64,000 bases of DNA from contig JBEBFT010000003.1 of the NCBI GenBank assembly GCA_040081825.1, forward strand, positions 17,204 through 81,203, in the 5' to 3' direction. The DNA comes from Candidatus Peribacteraceae bacterium. GTDB lineage: Bacteria; Patescibacteriota; Gracilibacteria; Peribacterales; Peribacteraceae. Shown piece by piece: positions 1 to 9,458 of the stretch. The notes below the pieces were generated by a model. It was not told the DNA's origin, made no database searches, and saw only the letters and a list, made by a program, of their open reading frames with translations. Both the position numbers and the translations under genes were made by a program. Each line of letters opens with the position of its first letter. Within the stretch, counting starts at the first letter, position 1.

Positions 1-154
1 ATACCAACACACACAACCTATGACTAATTTTGACATTCATCAGTCGACCGCGGATTCCCAGGGTGCAACTTCGATTTCCAGTTCTCGCCAGGAGCACTGT
101 ACACTTCTCGGAAATCAGTCAGCACATCTCGTTCCTGCATTCACTGCTTCACCC

Positions 155-1435
155 ATGCGATACGTTTCCCTTCTGACTAAACTCTTCGTTCTTGCGACAC
201 TCACCTTCGTGGGAGTCCATGTGCAGGCACGATCTTTGGGTTCCCTACCACCTCCACCTATTACTCCTGAGTCAATGCCTGAGTATTTGGTCGAGAGTGG
301 TGTGATGCCACTACAAGAAGTTGCTGTCCTGTCTCCACTTGAGCGTATGCAGAAGAAGTTGGCAGATCGCCGAGCAGATCGAGCGAAAAAAGCACAGAAC
401 CGAGAGCCACTGCACAGTGCGGCACCTGAGCGACTCTCCCCTCAAGTCTTGAATCAGAATGGCATTTATCTTGGTGCTACGAGCATCAAGCGCACTGATT
501 TTTTCGATGACACACTCTCGCGTTTACAAGAGTCGAATGGCAATGCTGTGATCTTTGACGTGAAAGGTGGTGGCGTGCTGTATAGGTCCAGTGCACCAAT
601 CGCGACTGAGCTTGGCCTGGTGCGCTCCCATTACGATTTGCCAGCCGTCATTCAGAAACTCAAAGAGCAAAAAGTGCACGTCATGGGTCGCTTCGTTGCT
701 ATCAAAGATGAAGCATTCACTGCCAAGCGCCCCGATACACGCGTGAAGCATCCCACAAGTGGTCGCGTACTCAATCAGACGTGGATCGATCCTGCGAATG
801 ACGATGCGATCCAGTTCAACATGCAGATCATTTGTGAACTTGCCGCTGCGGGCATCGACGAGATCAATTTGGATTACATCCGTTTCTCTACTGCCGAAGT
901 AGGTGCACTGAGCGCGCTCGATCGTGAAGAGAAGTCAGCACGTGTTGAGAAATTCGTCAAAGCAGCACGCGAGACCATCGATCGCTGTGGCCCAGCAACT
1001 CGCCTTGGACTTTCTACCTATGCCATTTTGGGCTGGAGTTACGACGTCAACGTCGAGACGCTCGGACAGGACATCGTGAAACTTGCCCCGTACGTCGATG
1101 TGATTTCGCCGATGGCCTACCCTGCCACGTTCTCCGTGGATGGTGGTTACTACAATCCAGCCAAGCACGGCAGCAGCAGAATGTATCACCTCGTACACAG
1201 AACACTGACGGGGTATCAGGAGCTCCTGGGTGACCAGTCATGGAAGCTGCGTCCATGGATTCAGGGGTACGGTGTCACGACCAAGAACATGCAGGATCAG
1301 ATAGCAGCGGTCTACGATGCAGGTTTGTGTGGGTACCAGGTGTGGAATGCAAATAACAATTACGCACCAACCTATGCGGGGATGAAATCGACGGTCATTC
1401 CTGCCCATTGTCAGCAAGCAGTGGCAGTGCGTTAG
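155..1435 (+). CDS. Secreted DUF4015-like glycoside-hydrolase-like TIM-barrel protein
   Basis: ORF 20..1435. Family-typical blocks NAVIFDVKGGG, VMGRFVAIKDE and IDEINLDYIRFS. Start moved to Met155 because MRYVSLLTKLFVLATLTFVGVHVQA reads as a signal peptide. Confidence 0.7.
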   Translation: MRYVSLLTKLFVLATLTFVGVHVQARSLGSLPPPPITPESMPEYLVESGVMPLQEVAVLSPLERMQKKLADRRADRAKKAQNREPLHSAAPERLSPQVLNQNGIYLGATSIKRTDFFDDTLSRLQESNGNAVIFDVKGGGVLYRSSAPIATELGLVRSHYDLPAVIQKLKEQKVHVMGRFVAIKDEAFTAKRPDTRVKHPTSGRVLNQTWIDPANDDAIQFNMQIICELAAAGIDEINLDYIRFSTAEVGALSALDREEKSARVEKFVKAARETIDRCGPATRLGLSTYAILGWSYDVNVETLGQDIVKLAPYVDVISPMAYPATFSVDGGYYNPAKHGSSRMYHLVHRTLTGYQELLGDQSWKLRPWIQGYGVTTKNMQDQIAAVYDAGLCGYQVWNANNNYAPTYAGMKSTVIPAHCQQAVAVR

Positions 1436-1462
1436 TGACGACACTTCGCTAGACTGCGTTCT

Positions 1463-1741
1463 GTGACTACGATTCTCTACACACTTCTTTCCGTTGCATA
1501 CGCAGCGACTGGCGTCATTGGTGTGCTCGCATACTGGCCAACGATCAGGGACCTCTATCATCACAAAAAGAAGAGTGCCAACATATCTTCGTATGTGCTG
1601 TGGACATGGACCACGTGCATTGCGTTTTTGTATGCACTATTCATTATTCCTGACACGCTCCTTATTCTCGCATCTGGTTTTCAGTTCCTTGCGTGCTTGG
1701 TTGTTCTCATGCTCAGCGTCAACCTTTCTCGCGACAAGTAA
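1463..1741 (+). CDS. Small 3-TM membrane protein, PQ-loop/SemiSWEET-like
   Basis: 92 aa with a GTG start and three hydrophobic helices. A WPT motif sits where PQ-loop proteins carry PQ. Assignment rests on size and topology only. Confidence 0.4.
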   Translation: MTTILYTLLSVAYAATGVIGVLAYWPTIRDLYHHKKKSANISSYVLWTWTTCIAFLYALFIIPDTLLILASGFQFLACLVVLMLSVNLSRDK

Positions 1742-1782
1742 TCGGTGTCGAGTGGCAGAGTGTTTTGGTGTACCATCATCGC

Positions 1783-2571
1783 ATGCAGCAGTATCTTGAT
1801 CTCCTACAGCATGTTCTAGATCATGGGACTAAAAAAGATGATCGAACGGGGACAGGAACACTTTCTGTTTTTGGCTACCAGATGCGGTTCGATCTCTCTG
1901 AAGGTTTCCCTCTTTTGACGACGAAGAAACTGCATACCAAGTCCATTTTTCATGAACTTCTCTGGTTTCTGAAGGGCGAGACGAACATCAAGTATCTGCA
2001 GGAGAACGGCGTCACAATCTGGGACGAGTGGGCAGACGAAAACGGAAATCTGGGTCCTGTGTATGGCAAGCAGTGGAGAGCGTGGCAGGGGGCGCTGGGT
2101 GTCTATGATCAGATCTCAGATCTGATCGAACAGATCAAAAAGAACCCCAACTCACGTCGCCTGATAGTGTCGGCATGGAACGTCGGCGATATTCCACGCA
2201 TGGCGCTGCCGCCATGCCACTGTCTCTTCCAGTTTTACGTCGCAGACGGGAAGCTCAGCTGTCAGCTGTATCAACGCAGTGCCGATATCTTCCTTGGTGT
2301 GCCGTTCAATATTGCGTCCTACGCACTATTTACACACATGATTGCGAGCGTGTGTGATCTCAAAGTTGGTGATTTTGTGCATACCCTCGGTGACGCACAT
2401 TTGTATCTGAACCACATCGAGCAGGCGAAGTTGCAGCTCACGCGTGACACTCGACCTCTGCCGATTCTGAAATTGGCAAAACGCAAATCGATCTTTGATT
2501 TTATTTACGAGGACATTGTCATTGAAGGATATGATCCACACCCAGGCATTAAAGCACCTATAGCAGTTTGA
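1783..2571 (+). CDS. thyA: Thymidylate synthase
   Basis: [42 protein letters not shown] and DAHLYLNH are canonical ThyA blocks. Start set at ATG 1783, not the ORF-track start at 1693. Confidence 0.95.
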   Translation: MQQYLDLLQHVLDHGTKKDDRTGTGTLSVFGYQMRFDLSEGFPLLTTKKLHTKSIFHELLWFLKGETNIKYLQENGVTIWDEWADENGNLGPVYGKQWRAWQGALGVYDQISDLIEQIKKNPNSRRLIVSAWNVGDIPRMALPPCHCLFQFYVADGKLSCQLYQRSADIFLGVPFNIASYALFTHMIASVCDLKVGDFVHTLGDAHLYLNHIEQAKLQLTRDTRPLPILKLAKRKSIFDFIYEDIVIEGYDPHPGIKAPIAV

Positions 2572-2577
2572 ATCTTC

Positions 2578-2608
2578 GTTCTTTTTTGTCCGAGCGACAA
2601 AAAAGAAC
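2578..2608. terminator. Perfect 13-bp hairpin just after the thyA stop
   Basis: GTTCTTTTTTGTC-cgagc-GACAAAAAAGAAC followed by an A-run. The T/A runs lie inside the stem, so it could act on either strand. Confidence 0.4.
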
Positions 2609-2619
2609 CAAAAAAACGC

Positions 2620-2681
2620 GTGTGCGCCAATTCCCACGCTCGCGTTCGCTCGCTGCCGCACCCCCCACCTGTGGCGCACGC
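2620..2681. other. GC-rich closing stem around a 42-nt CGCT-rich segment in the thyA-folA spacer
   Basis: GTGTGCGCCA (2620-2629) pairs with TGGCGCACGC (2672-2681), including one G-U. The interior reads CGCTCGCGTTCGCTCGCTGCCGC. Confidence 0.3.
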
Positions 2682-2719
2682 CCACCCCTTTGGATGAAGT
2701 AGTAGGTGAAGTGTAGACT

Positions 2720-3211
2720 TTGCATATGATTCTCTCTCTGATCGCAGCGGCAGACGAAGGTAACTGCATTGGCGGGGAGAATCGGCTGCTTTGGGATTTG
2801 CCTGATGATCTGAAGCGATTTCGTACCATCACCAAGGGAAAGCCTGTGATCATGGGCAGAAAGACATACGACTCGATTGGTCGCCCGCTTCCGCATCGGC
2901 GCAATATCGTCATGACCAAGCGTTCTGACTGGGAGCGTGACGGAGTCGAAGTCGTTCACTCACTTGCGGATGCGATCGACCTCGTGCGCGATGAGCCAGA
3001 AGCCTTCATCATTGGCGGTGGATCGCTCTACCGCGATGGTATGGATTACGCACAGCGCATCTATCTCACCAGAGTGCATGTAACCCTGGAAGGGGACACG
3101 TACTTTCCAGTCATCGATCCTACTGTGTGGAAAGAAGTACGGCGCGAAGAGCATGCCGCAGATGCAGCGCATCAGTATGCGTTTACGTACATTGATTACG
3201 AGAGGGTCTAG
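2720..3211 (+). CDS. folA: Dihydrofolate reductase
   Basis: ILSLIAAADEGNCIGGENRLLWDLPDDLKRFRTITKGKPVIMGRKTYDSIGRPLPHRRNIV is a canonical DHFR N-terminus. The start may be Met at 2726. Confidence 0.9.
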   Translation: MHMILSLIAAADEGNCIGGENRLLWDLPDDLKRFRTITKGKPVIMGRKTYDSIGRPLPHRRNIVMTKRSDWERDGVEVVHSLADAIDLVRDEPEAFIIGGGSLYRDGMDYAQRIYLTRVHVTLEGDTYFPVIDPTVWKEVRREEHAADAAHQYAFTYIDYERV

Positions 3212-4251
3212 GCGGGTTGCTGCTGGGAGGCGCAATGGATCGAGCCGTATCCCCAAATGAGCTCTCTACAGTCGATGCCGATCACTTTGCGATCCGGAAA
3301 ACAACCTGCCAGAGTTTTAAGCGCGACTGCATCGGAGTCTTGCGCATATGTTGGAACCAATACAATGCCGTTTGCGATAAGGAAATTAGCGTAGCTAGCC
3401 GCCATTCTTCGTCCATCCACCGAAAATTCCTTGGGCATTGGTAGAGGAATGATAGTGAGGGGGTGACCTTGCTCATCTTTCATGTGCTGTAGTCTCCTTA
3501 GATTCTCTTGTAGAGGAGCGTAGTTCTCGTCTTTACTATTTTCTTCTACGACAGTCACCACGGTCGACTTTCCAACGAAGCGGGTCAGGTCATCCACGTG
3601 TCCGGTCGTATCGTCACCAGCGATGCCTTCCTTTAGCCACAAGACATTGGTGACACCCAAATATGCCTTCAGCATCTCCTCAATCTGCTCCTTCGTAAGC
3701 GTTGGATTTCGATCCGGAGAAAGGAGGCAGCTCTCGGTAGTGAGGAGCGATCCGGTTCCATTTACATCGATCGATCCGCCTTCCAAAATCATCCGAGTAT
3801 CGAAACGGCGAAGATTCGATAATGGCATCTGCAGAGGTACGCTGTCTCCGATCAGCAGATCATCCCACTTGCCGCCGTAGGCATTGTACTCCCAGTCGGT
3901 CCATGCGATTTCATCCGTCTTTTGGTGTTTGATGAAAATCGGACCGTAGTCGCGGATCCACACGTCACCGGATTCAATGTGATGAATAGATATATTGGCT
4001 GGCACTGCGGGAGACGCTTCAAGATTTTTTTTCGCCCGCTTCTCGATTGCGGCATCCGGTACTAGCAAATGGACATGCTCCACGTGCGAGAGGTGCGTGA
4101 TAATCTCCGTGAATGCTTTTTCCGCGCCCTCCAAGTGACCATCCCATGTTTCGAGATTGTACGGCCACGACATCCACATGGCGGATTGCTTTTCCCACTC
4201 CGCAGGCATGCGGTAACCAAGTTCGGCCGGAAATCCTGCAGCTTGCGTCAT
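3208..4251 (-). CDS. aguA: Agmatine deiminase
   Basis: GYRMPAEWEKQSAMWMSWP, VWIRDYGPIF and a C-terminal GSIHCASQQ catalytic Cys block. Start set at ATG 4251, which overlaps the aguB stop as ATGA. Confidence 0.9.
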   Translation of the reverse strand: MTQAAGFPAELGYRMPAEWEKQSAMWMSWPYNLETWDGHLEGAEKAFTEIITHLSHVEHVHLLVPDAAIEKRAKKNLEASPAVPANISIHHIESGDVWIRDYGPIFIKHQKTDEIAWTDWEYNAYGGKWDDLLIGDSVPLQMPLSNLRRFDTRMILEGGSIDVNGTGSLLTTESCLLSPDRNPTLTKEQIEEMLKAYLGVTNVLWLKEGIAGDDTTGHVDDLTRFVGKSTVVTVVEENSKDENYAPLQENLRRLQHMKDEQGHPLTIIPLPMPKEFSVDGRRMAASYANFLIANGIVLVPTYAQDSDAVALKTLAGCFPDRKVIGIDCRELIWGYGSIHCASQQQPA

Positions 4252-5120
4252 AGTTTTTTCGTGAGGTCTCCATACAGATCGGGCCTTCTCTCTCTCAGGA
4301 ATCGCCATGACTCTTGCATTTTCTTGGGATACGAGAGATCGATTGTGGTCATCAGAACCTGCTCGGTATCATCTCCCTTGCAGAGGATGCGTGCATTAGG
4401 GTCGGCAACGAAGGAGCCACCGAAGAAATGCGTTTTTCCTTCATCGCCTACACGATTGACCGCAGCAACATACACACAGTTAGCAGGAGCATGTCCTACC
4501 TGTGCAGAGCGCCACATCGTTTCCCAGTCCTCAGGAATAGAGGGATCGACAGGGGTCACATTTCCAGCATTGCCAATGGCTGTCGGATACACGAGCAGTT
4601 CCGCACCATTCAAAGTCGCAATACGAGCAAACTCTGGAAACCACTGGTCGTAACAGATGCCTACTGCAATTTTTCCGAATGGCGTGTCATGTACCTTGAT
4701 CGTTTCATTGCCACTGCCGAAGTAATTTTGCTCGTAGAATCCTGGATCATGCGGGATGTGAGCTTTACGATACGTTCCTATCAATTCCCCGTCCTGACCA
4801 AAGACACACGCGGTGTTGTAGCGCTTGCCTTTACTTACTTCATAGATTGATCCAGCGATCAATACTATTTTTAGCCTCTTCGCTAGTGCTCCGAGTCCCT
4901 CTGTTGAGAGTCCAGGAATTTCCTGTGCACGATCGAATTCCGATTCGTTCTTTTCATTGATGCAGAAATAGGGACCCAGAAAAAGCTCGGGGAGCACGAC
5001 AATATTGGCCCCCTTTTTTACGGCTTCTTCCGTCATCTTCGACGCCTTCTGCAGGTTTGCTTCAGCACTGTCCGTCATGGACATCTGTACGAGGCCGAGG
5101 GTGACTATGCGCTTTTCCAT
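4248..5120 (-). CDS. aguB: N-carbamoylputrescine amidase (CN-hydrolase family)
   Basis: VTLGLVQMSM...GANIVVLPELFLGPYFC, AVGICYDQWFPE and LLVYPTAIG. Sits directly upstream of aguA. Confidence 0.88.
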   Translation of the reverse strand: MEKRIVTLGLVQMSMTDSAEANLQKASKMTEEAVKKGANIVVLPELFLGPYFCINEKNESEFDRAQEIPGLSTEGLGALAKRLKIVLIAGSIYEVSKGKRYNTACVFGQDGELIGTYRKAHIPHDPGFYEQNYFGSGNETIKVHDTPFGKIAVGICYDQWFPEFARIATLNGAELLVYPTAIGNAGNVTPVDPSIPEDWETMWRSAQVGHAPANCVYVAAVNRVGDEGKTHFFGGSFVADPNARILCKGDDTEQVLMTTIDLSYPKKMQESWRFLRERRPDLYGDLTKKL

Positions 5121-5168
5121 CGATGGAAATTGTGCGTTTAATTCGGTAAAGAAGCAAACGTTCTCTTT

Positions 5169-5197
5169 CCACCCTCTTTTGACGCAAAAGAGGGTGG
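5169..5197. other. Perfect 12-bp hairpin in the divergent aguB / DHS-like promoter region
   Basis: CCACCCTCTTTT-gacgc-AAAAGAGGGTGG. Confidence 0.5.
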
Positions 5198-5219
5198 AGC
5201 CCAGAAAACAGTCGCTTAT

Positions 5220-5345
5220 GAAAAATTGCTACGGTTCAATCGCAACTCCGCTGCAAACGCGGACTCGCCCCTCGCCCCCGGCATCGGGGCTCAGACATGC
5301 GCGTTTGCGACGCTTCGTTCGCGAAGAACCGTAACGCAATTTTTC
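5220..5345. other. About 126-nt multi-stem structure (closing stem plus inner helices)
   Basis: GAAAAATTGCTACGGTTC (5220-5237) pairs with GAACCGTAACGCAATTTTTC (5326-5345). Inner helix GCAAACGCG (5253-5261) pairs with CGCGTTTGC (5300-5308). An apical hairpin CCCCG-gcat-CGGGG lies inside. Confidence 0.45.
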
Positions 5346-5401
5346 AAGGCGACAATGCTGGTATTCTTGCTGGGCATCAGTAGAATATCGTTCGTTTCCC
5401 T

Positions 5402-6499
5402 ATGAAGAAGTTTACAAAGCTCTCACCGGCACTCAAAAAGTTCATCGTTATGGAGGAAAAAGGAAAGTCTGGCAAAGGAACGATCGTAACACAGGTAAAG
5501 AAGAGCAAGAAACCGCTCACCACATTCGCTCACCGAACGTTGCAGCACTGCAACGGCGGTTCCACGATGCACGCCGCACTCTGGCTCAAGGATCATCTAA
5601 AAAACGGAGGCAAACTAGTGGTCACCCTTGCAGGTGCACTCAGCTCGTTCCAGGTTGGTGTGATGCTAGCTGAGCTCATCCGTCAGAAGAAGGTGCACTT
5701 GGTCTCGGCGACGGCTGCGAACCACGAGGAGTCGTACTATCGCTACGTTGCACACTCACACTACGCCTATATCCCTCGTTACACGGAGCTGACCCCCGAG
5801 CAGGAGGCGGAACTTCGTGATGCGGGCCTGAGGCGTATTACCGATACATTCTTACCTGAGGACGAGAGCGTGCGCATTATGGAGCCGCATCTCCTCAAAA
5901 TGTGGAAGGAGGCGGAGAAGAGCGGCAAGCGCTATTTCCCACACGAGTACTTCCGCCGCATGTACGCCGAGAACAAGATCAAACCCGATCCAGCCAGTAA
6001 CCCACTCGATTCATGGACCTACGCTGCGTACGAGCGCAACATTCCGATCGTCATTCCCGGATTCGAGGACTCCACGATGGGCAACATCTTCGCTAGCTAC
6101 ACCTATGGCGGGAAGCATAAGAAGAAAGGGGGAGTGACGGTTGATGGATCGGTCATGAAAGGCGGACTCGACTACTTCTCTTTCCTGTACGACTGGTACA
6201 TGAAGGAATCGAAAGATTCGCCGATTGCCTTCCTACAACTTGGTGGAGGCATCGCAGCTGACTTTCCGATCTGCGTCGTGCCGTCCCTGAAGCACGATCT
6301 TGGTCATCACAATGTGCGTGACTGGGCAGGTTTTGTGGAGATCGGTTCGTCACCGATGTCCTACGGTTCATACTCGGGTGCAGGCGGAAAAGAGAAGATC
6401 ACGTGGGACAAACTCAGTACCGAAAGTTACTACCAGGTCATTCAGAGTGATGTGACGGTTGCATTTCCGTGGATCGCGGCAGTGCTGCTCGATCTATAA
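5402..6499 (+). CDS. Deoxyhypusine synthase-like protein (candidate homospermidine synthase)
   Basis: 365 aa with DHS-family blocks LAGALSSFQVG, VSATAANHEES and LGGGIAADFPICVVP. Lies next to the putrescine-forming genes. Confidence 0.8.
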   Translation: MKKFTKLSPALKKFIVMEEKGKSGKGTIVTQVKKSKKPLTTFAHRTLQHCNGGSTMHAALWLKDHLKNGGKLVVTLAGALSSFQVGVMLAELIRQKKVHLVSATAANHEESYYRYVAHSHYAYIPRYTELTPEQEAELRDAGLRRITDTFLPEDESVRIMEPHLLKMWKEAEKSGKRYFPHEYFRRMYAENKIKPDPASNPLDSWTYAAYERNIPIVIPGFEDSTMGNIFASYTYGGKHKKKGGVTVDGSVMKGGLDYFSFLYDWYMKESKDSPIAFLQLGGGIAADFPICVVPSLKHDLGHHNVRDWAGFVEIGSSPMSYGSYSGAGGKEKITWDKLSTESYYQVIQSDVTVAFPWIAAVLLDL

Positions 6500-6572
6500 T
6501 CATGTAGATTTTCTCTTTACAGCTCTACGACGAACTCTATACTTACGCTCTGTTTGTTTTGTTTTTCTGAGA

Positions 6573-8072
6573 ATGCCGACTCGCGTAGCGGGCACCGCTC
6601 CAGCAAAGCGCACAAAAAGAAAAAAAGCGCCATCACGCTTCATTCGTCCACGGTGGGAACGTTTTATTAGTCACACCGATGACGGGATGATGACGATTGA
6701 AGGCGTTCCAGTCGACAAGATCGTCGCCAAGTACGGAACGCCAGTCTATGTCATGTCTGAGAGCGAAATCAGGCTCCGCATGCAGCGATTCATCAAAACG
6801 TTCGGTCATGCCATCGAGCTGCAGTACTGCGTCAAAACCAATAGCAACCTGCAGGTACTTCGCATGGCCCATGAGATGGGTTTTGGTCTCGATTGTTCTT
6901 CTGTAGGAGAGGTGATTCTGGGACTGCTTGCTGACTTCCATCCAAAGCAGCTGACACTCACCAACCTCTACAAGTCAGAGCAGGACATTCACTTCGTTGC
7001 CAAGATCGGTATCCAGTCCATTACGGCTGACAGCTTCGAAGATATCGAGAATATCGCACGTACGGCGAAGAAACTGCGAAAGCACGTTGATACGGTTATT
7101 CGTGTGAACCCGATGATCACGGTCGGTAACTACTCGACGCGTGGGAATAAGTACGGAATTCCCATTGGGTATCTGCAGCGTGCCATCGATCTTGCCCGCA
7201 AATCTCCCTATGTCGACTTCATGGGCTTTCACTTCATGGGTGGATACGTCTATCACCCTCGAGTGTACAAAGCGGCTGCACGAGCCTTCGCGAAGATCAC
7301 CAAAGAATGTCAGGATCGTGGGATTCCGGTGAAGAGCATTTCGCTCGGAGGTGGGTTTCCTGCTGCGATCGGCGATGAGTACGCATTCCCCATCGAAGAA
7401 ATGAAGGATTTCCCAAAGTACTGGGAAAGGCTGATGAAGCGACATGGCATCACGACCCCACCACGACTCATTTTCGAGCCCGGAAAGGCCATCGTCATGA
7501 ATGCAGGTATCGGACTCATGAGAGTCGTATCCAAGAAACGTCTTGGACGCAGTCACCGCATGGTTGTGTGTGACGGATCGACATATAATTTCGTCCCCGA
7601 TTTCTTCACGCTCCTCGATGGGAAGAGTAAGTACGACATTCTCCCTGCCTCCAAGATGACTGCGCGCCGCATTCACAAGGTTACGATCGGCGGTAACACA
7701 TGTGACTGTTGGGATTTGATCGTGAAAGATTCTCTGATGCCTAAGCTGAGAGCCGGCGATCTACTCGCTGCGATGGACGTGGGTGGCTACGCGCAGGTTC
7801 TGGCAAATAACTTCAACACCATTCGTCGTGCACCTGTTGTCCTCGTCCATTCCGATGGTACGATCAAACAGATCCGCCGACGCGACCGCTTCTCTGAAAT
7901 GTTTGCACCAGAACTCGACGTGCTGAAGATGGCTGGCCCAGATGAGCTGGAGAAGTATCACAACCTGTACCGCGTCAACATCGACAAAGTTTGGCGTGGA
8001 AAGAAAAAGAACGGAAATGGTAAACAAATGAGGGTTGTGACGATGAAGGAGGTACGAGGTCGCAAGCAGTAA
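6573..8072 (+). CDS. PLP-dependent Orn/DAP/Arg decarboxylase (fold type III), likely arginine decarboxylase by context
   Basis: KYGTPVYVMSE, LQYCVKTNSN, ISLGGGFP, EPGKAIV and GGYAQVLANNFN. Start at 6573 chosen to clear the upstream gene; Met 6687 is an alternative. Confidence 0.8.
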   Translation: MPTRVAGTAPAKRTKRKKAPSRFIRPRWERFISHTDDGMMTIEGVPVDKIVAKYGTPVYVMSESEIRLRMQRFIKTFGHAIELQYCVKTNSNLQVLRMAHEMGFGLDCSSVGEVILGLLADFHPKQLTLTNLYKSEQDIHFVAKIGIQSITADSFEDIENIARTAKKLRKHVDTVIRVNPMITVGNYSTRGNKYGIPIGYLQRAIDLARKSPYVDFMGFHFMGGYVYHPRVYKAAARAFAKITKECQDRGIPVKSISLGGGFPAAIGDEYAFPIEEMKDFPKYWERLMKRHGITTPPRLIFEPGKAIVMNAGIGLMRVVSKKRLGRSHRMVVCDGSTYNFVPDFFTLLDGKSKYDILPASKMTARRIHKVTIGGNTCDCWDLIVKDSLMPKLRAGDLLAAMDVGGYAQVLANNFNTIRRAPVVLVHSDGTIKQIRRRDRFSEMFAPELDVLKMAGPDELEKYHNLYRVNIDKVWRGKKKNGNGKQMRVVTMKEVRGRKQ

Positions 8073-8187
8073 CGCGTACTTCAGTACATCCTATACAAGG
8101 CTTGAGTAAGCCACATTCTCTGCTCTTACGTTGTTCGACTGTTCTTTGTGGTGTCATGCGCTTCGACTTCAGTGAAAGTATGCCCAC

Positions 8188-8901
8188 ATGGAACGCACCC
8201 CTTCATCTACCACCGGCAAGAGCGAGCTCGCAGAGTATATCGCAGAGCAGACCAAACAGAAGGCGCTTGAAGAGGCCGGGAAAAATGAGATGCGCGTCTC
8301 GAAAGTTTCTGGTGTGCAAAAACAGATGGTGCAAAACCTTCTGGCGGACAATGAAGGATCAGAAGAAAGCAGGACATTGATACTTGAAGTCAATCAGAAA
8401 ATTGAGAGGCAACATGCTGAGCGAATGCAGTCTATCCAAGCTGCACCAGATGCGCGGGTTTTCGAACGTACAGACAGCATGGCCGCGGTACAGGACGATA
8501 ATACGAGAGAGATTGGAATCGCCGATGACATACTTGCTGATGCAGATGCTGCAGAACGTGCAGCAATACACGAAGCAAAACATCGTGAGCAAGAAGAGGG
8601 TATGCAGACATTTTCATATATTGATGAAAATGATAAGCAATCTGAAGTGCGTCGTTTACCATTCCGTGAGGATGAATCAATTGAGGCAGAAGGCGGTCTA
8701 AAAGACCATACACCTGAATACCACGACTATGTAGCACATACGAAGGAAGTCGCAGAGAAGCTCAATGCAGCGGGAGAGAATGGACATGCTCTTACTCGCG
8801 AAGCAGCTCGTTCAGTCAAAGGATTCGAAAAAGTGCGGCAGAAACTAATCGAGCATAGTATTCGTACGCGGATGGAGAAAGAATTGGCGTTGGGAGCGTA
8901 G
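8188..8901 (+). CDS. Hypothetical acidic protein
   Basis: 237-aa ORF, E/D/K-rich, no recognisable motif. It ends just before a strong hairpin. Confidence 0.4.
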   Translation: MERTPSSTTGKSELAEYIAEQTKQKALEEAGKNEMRVSKVSGVQKQMVQNLLADNEGSEESRTLILEVNQKIERQHAERMQSIQAAPDARVFERTDSMAAVQDDNTREIGIADDILADADAAERAAIHEAKHREQEEGMQTFSYIDENDKQSEVRRLPFREDESIEAEGGLKDHTPEYHDYVAHTKEVAEKLNAAGENGHALTREAARSVKGFEKVRQKLIEHSIRTRMEKELALGA

Positions 8902-8905
8902 TCTC

Positions 8906-8935
8906 TGTAGAGACGCAAAATCTTGCGTCTCTACA
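8906..8935. terminator. Bidirectional hairpin between convergent genes
   Basis: Perfect 13-bp stem TGTAGAGACGCAA-aatc-TTGCGTCTCTACA. Confidence 0.6.
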
Positions 8936-8996
8936 CATATGTTCCTATCTTTCCCCACAATGGGAAAATACGAATGGGTTGTTGGTCGTAGCGACT

Positions 8997-9458
8997 CTAC
9001 AGCTTCCAATCGGTCTTCTCGCACTCTTGAGATCGCACAGTCCGGAGGTTCTCCTGAACCCACGGGGCATCGAGGAGCTCTGAGAGGGGTTCAAGTACGA
9101 AGCGTCGTTCCTTCATTCTGGGGTGGGGAACGGTGAGCGTGTCGGTGTGTATCGTGTCGTCTCCGAAGAGGAGAAGATCCAGATCGATCGTGCGTGGGCC
9201 AAAGCGTTCGGTGATGTTTTTGCCAAGTGACGCTTCGATCATGTCGAGCGTCTGCCTGATGACTTCGGGGCTGAGACTTGTCTCGAACCGAGCTACAGCA
9301 TTCAGAAACTCAGGCTGATCGGTGATGTGTCTCGGTGCGCTCGTATACACAGAAGAAAACTCGATCTCTGGCCATGCTTGCCGGAGCAGATCTGCCGCTG
9401 ACTCCAGATTTTCCTCGGCATCGATATTGGAGCCGAGGCCGAGGTAGACCGACTTCAT
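8997..9458 (-). CDS. folK: 2-amino-4-hydroxy-6-hydroxymethyldihydropteridine pyrophosphokinase
   Basis: VYLGLGSNI, GPRTIDLDLLLFG and LTVPHPRMKERRFVLEPL. Confidence 0.9.
   Translation of the reverse strand: MKSVYLGLGSNIDAEENLESAADLLRQAWPEIEFSSVYTSAPRHITDQPEFLNAVARFETSLSPEVIRQTLDMIEASLGKNITERFGPRTIDLDLLLFGDDTIHTDTLTVPHPRMKERRFVLEPLSELLDAPWVQENLRTVRSQECEKTDWKL

Noticed and set aside
20-154. Long N-terminal extensions given by the ORF track for many genes (for example 20, 1693, 4308, 6459, 12411, 13114, 16808, 19594, 23033, 26754, 28030, 33009, 35359, 51530, 52149)
   Set aside because: In each case an internal Met aligns with the conserved family N-terminus or a signal peptide. The extension also overlaps the neighbouring gene or a repeat.
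2326-2959. ORFs 2326..2919 and 2558..2959 (minus strand) spanning the thyA-folA spacer
   Set aside because: They are antisense to thyA and folA and run through the hairpin region. No protein-like features.
5169-5197. Guanidine-II (mini-ykkC) riboswitch hairpin near the agmatine genes
   Set aside because: As I recall the motif, it needs two hairpins with ACGR tetraloops closed by G-C pairs. Here there is one hairpin with a 5-nt GACGC loop and an A/T-rich loop-proximal stem.
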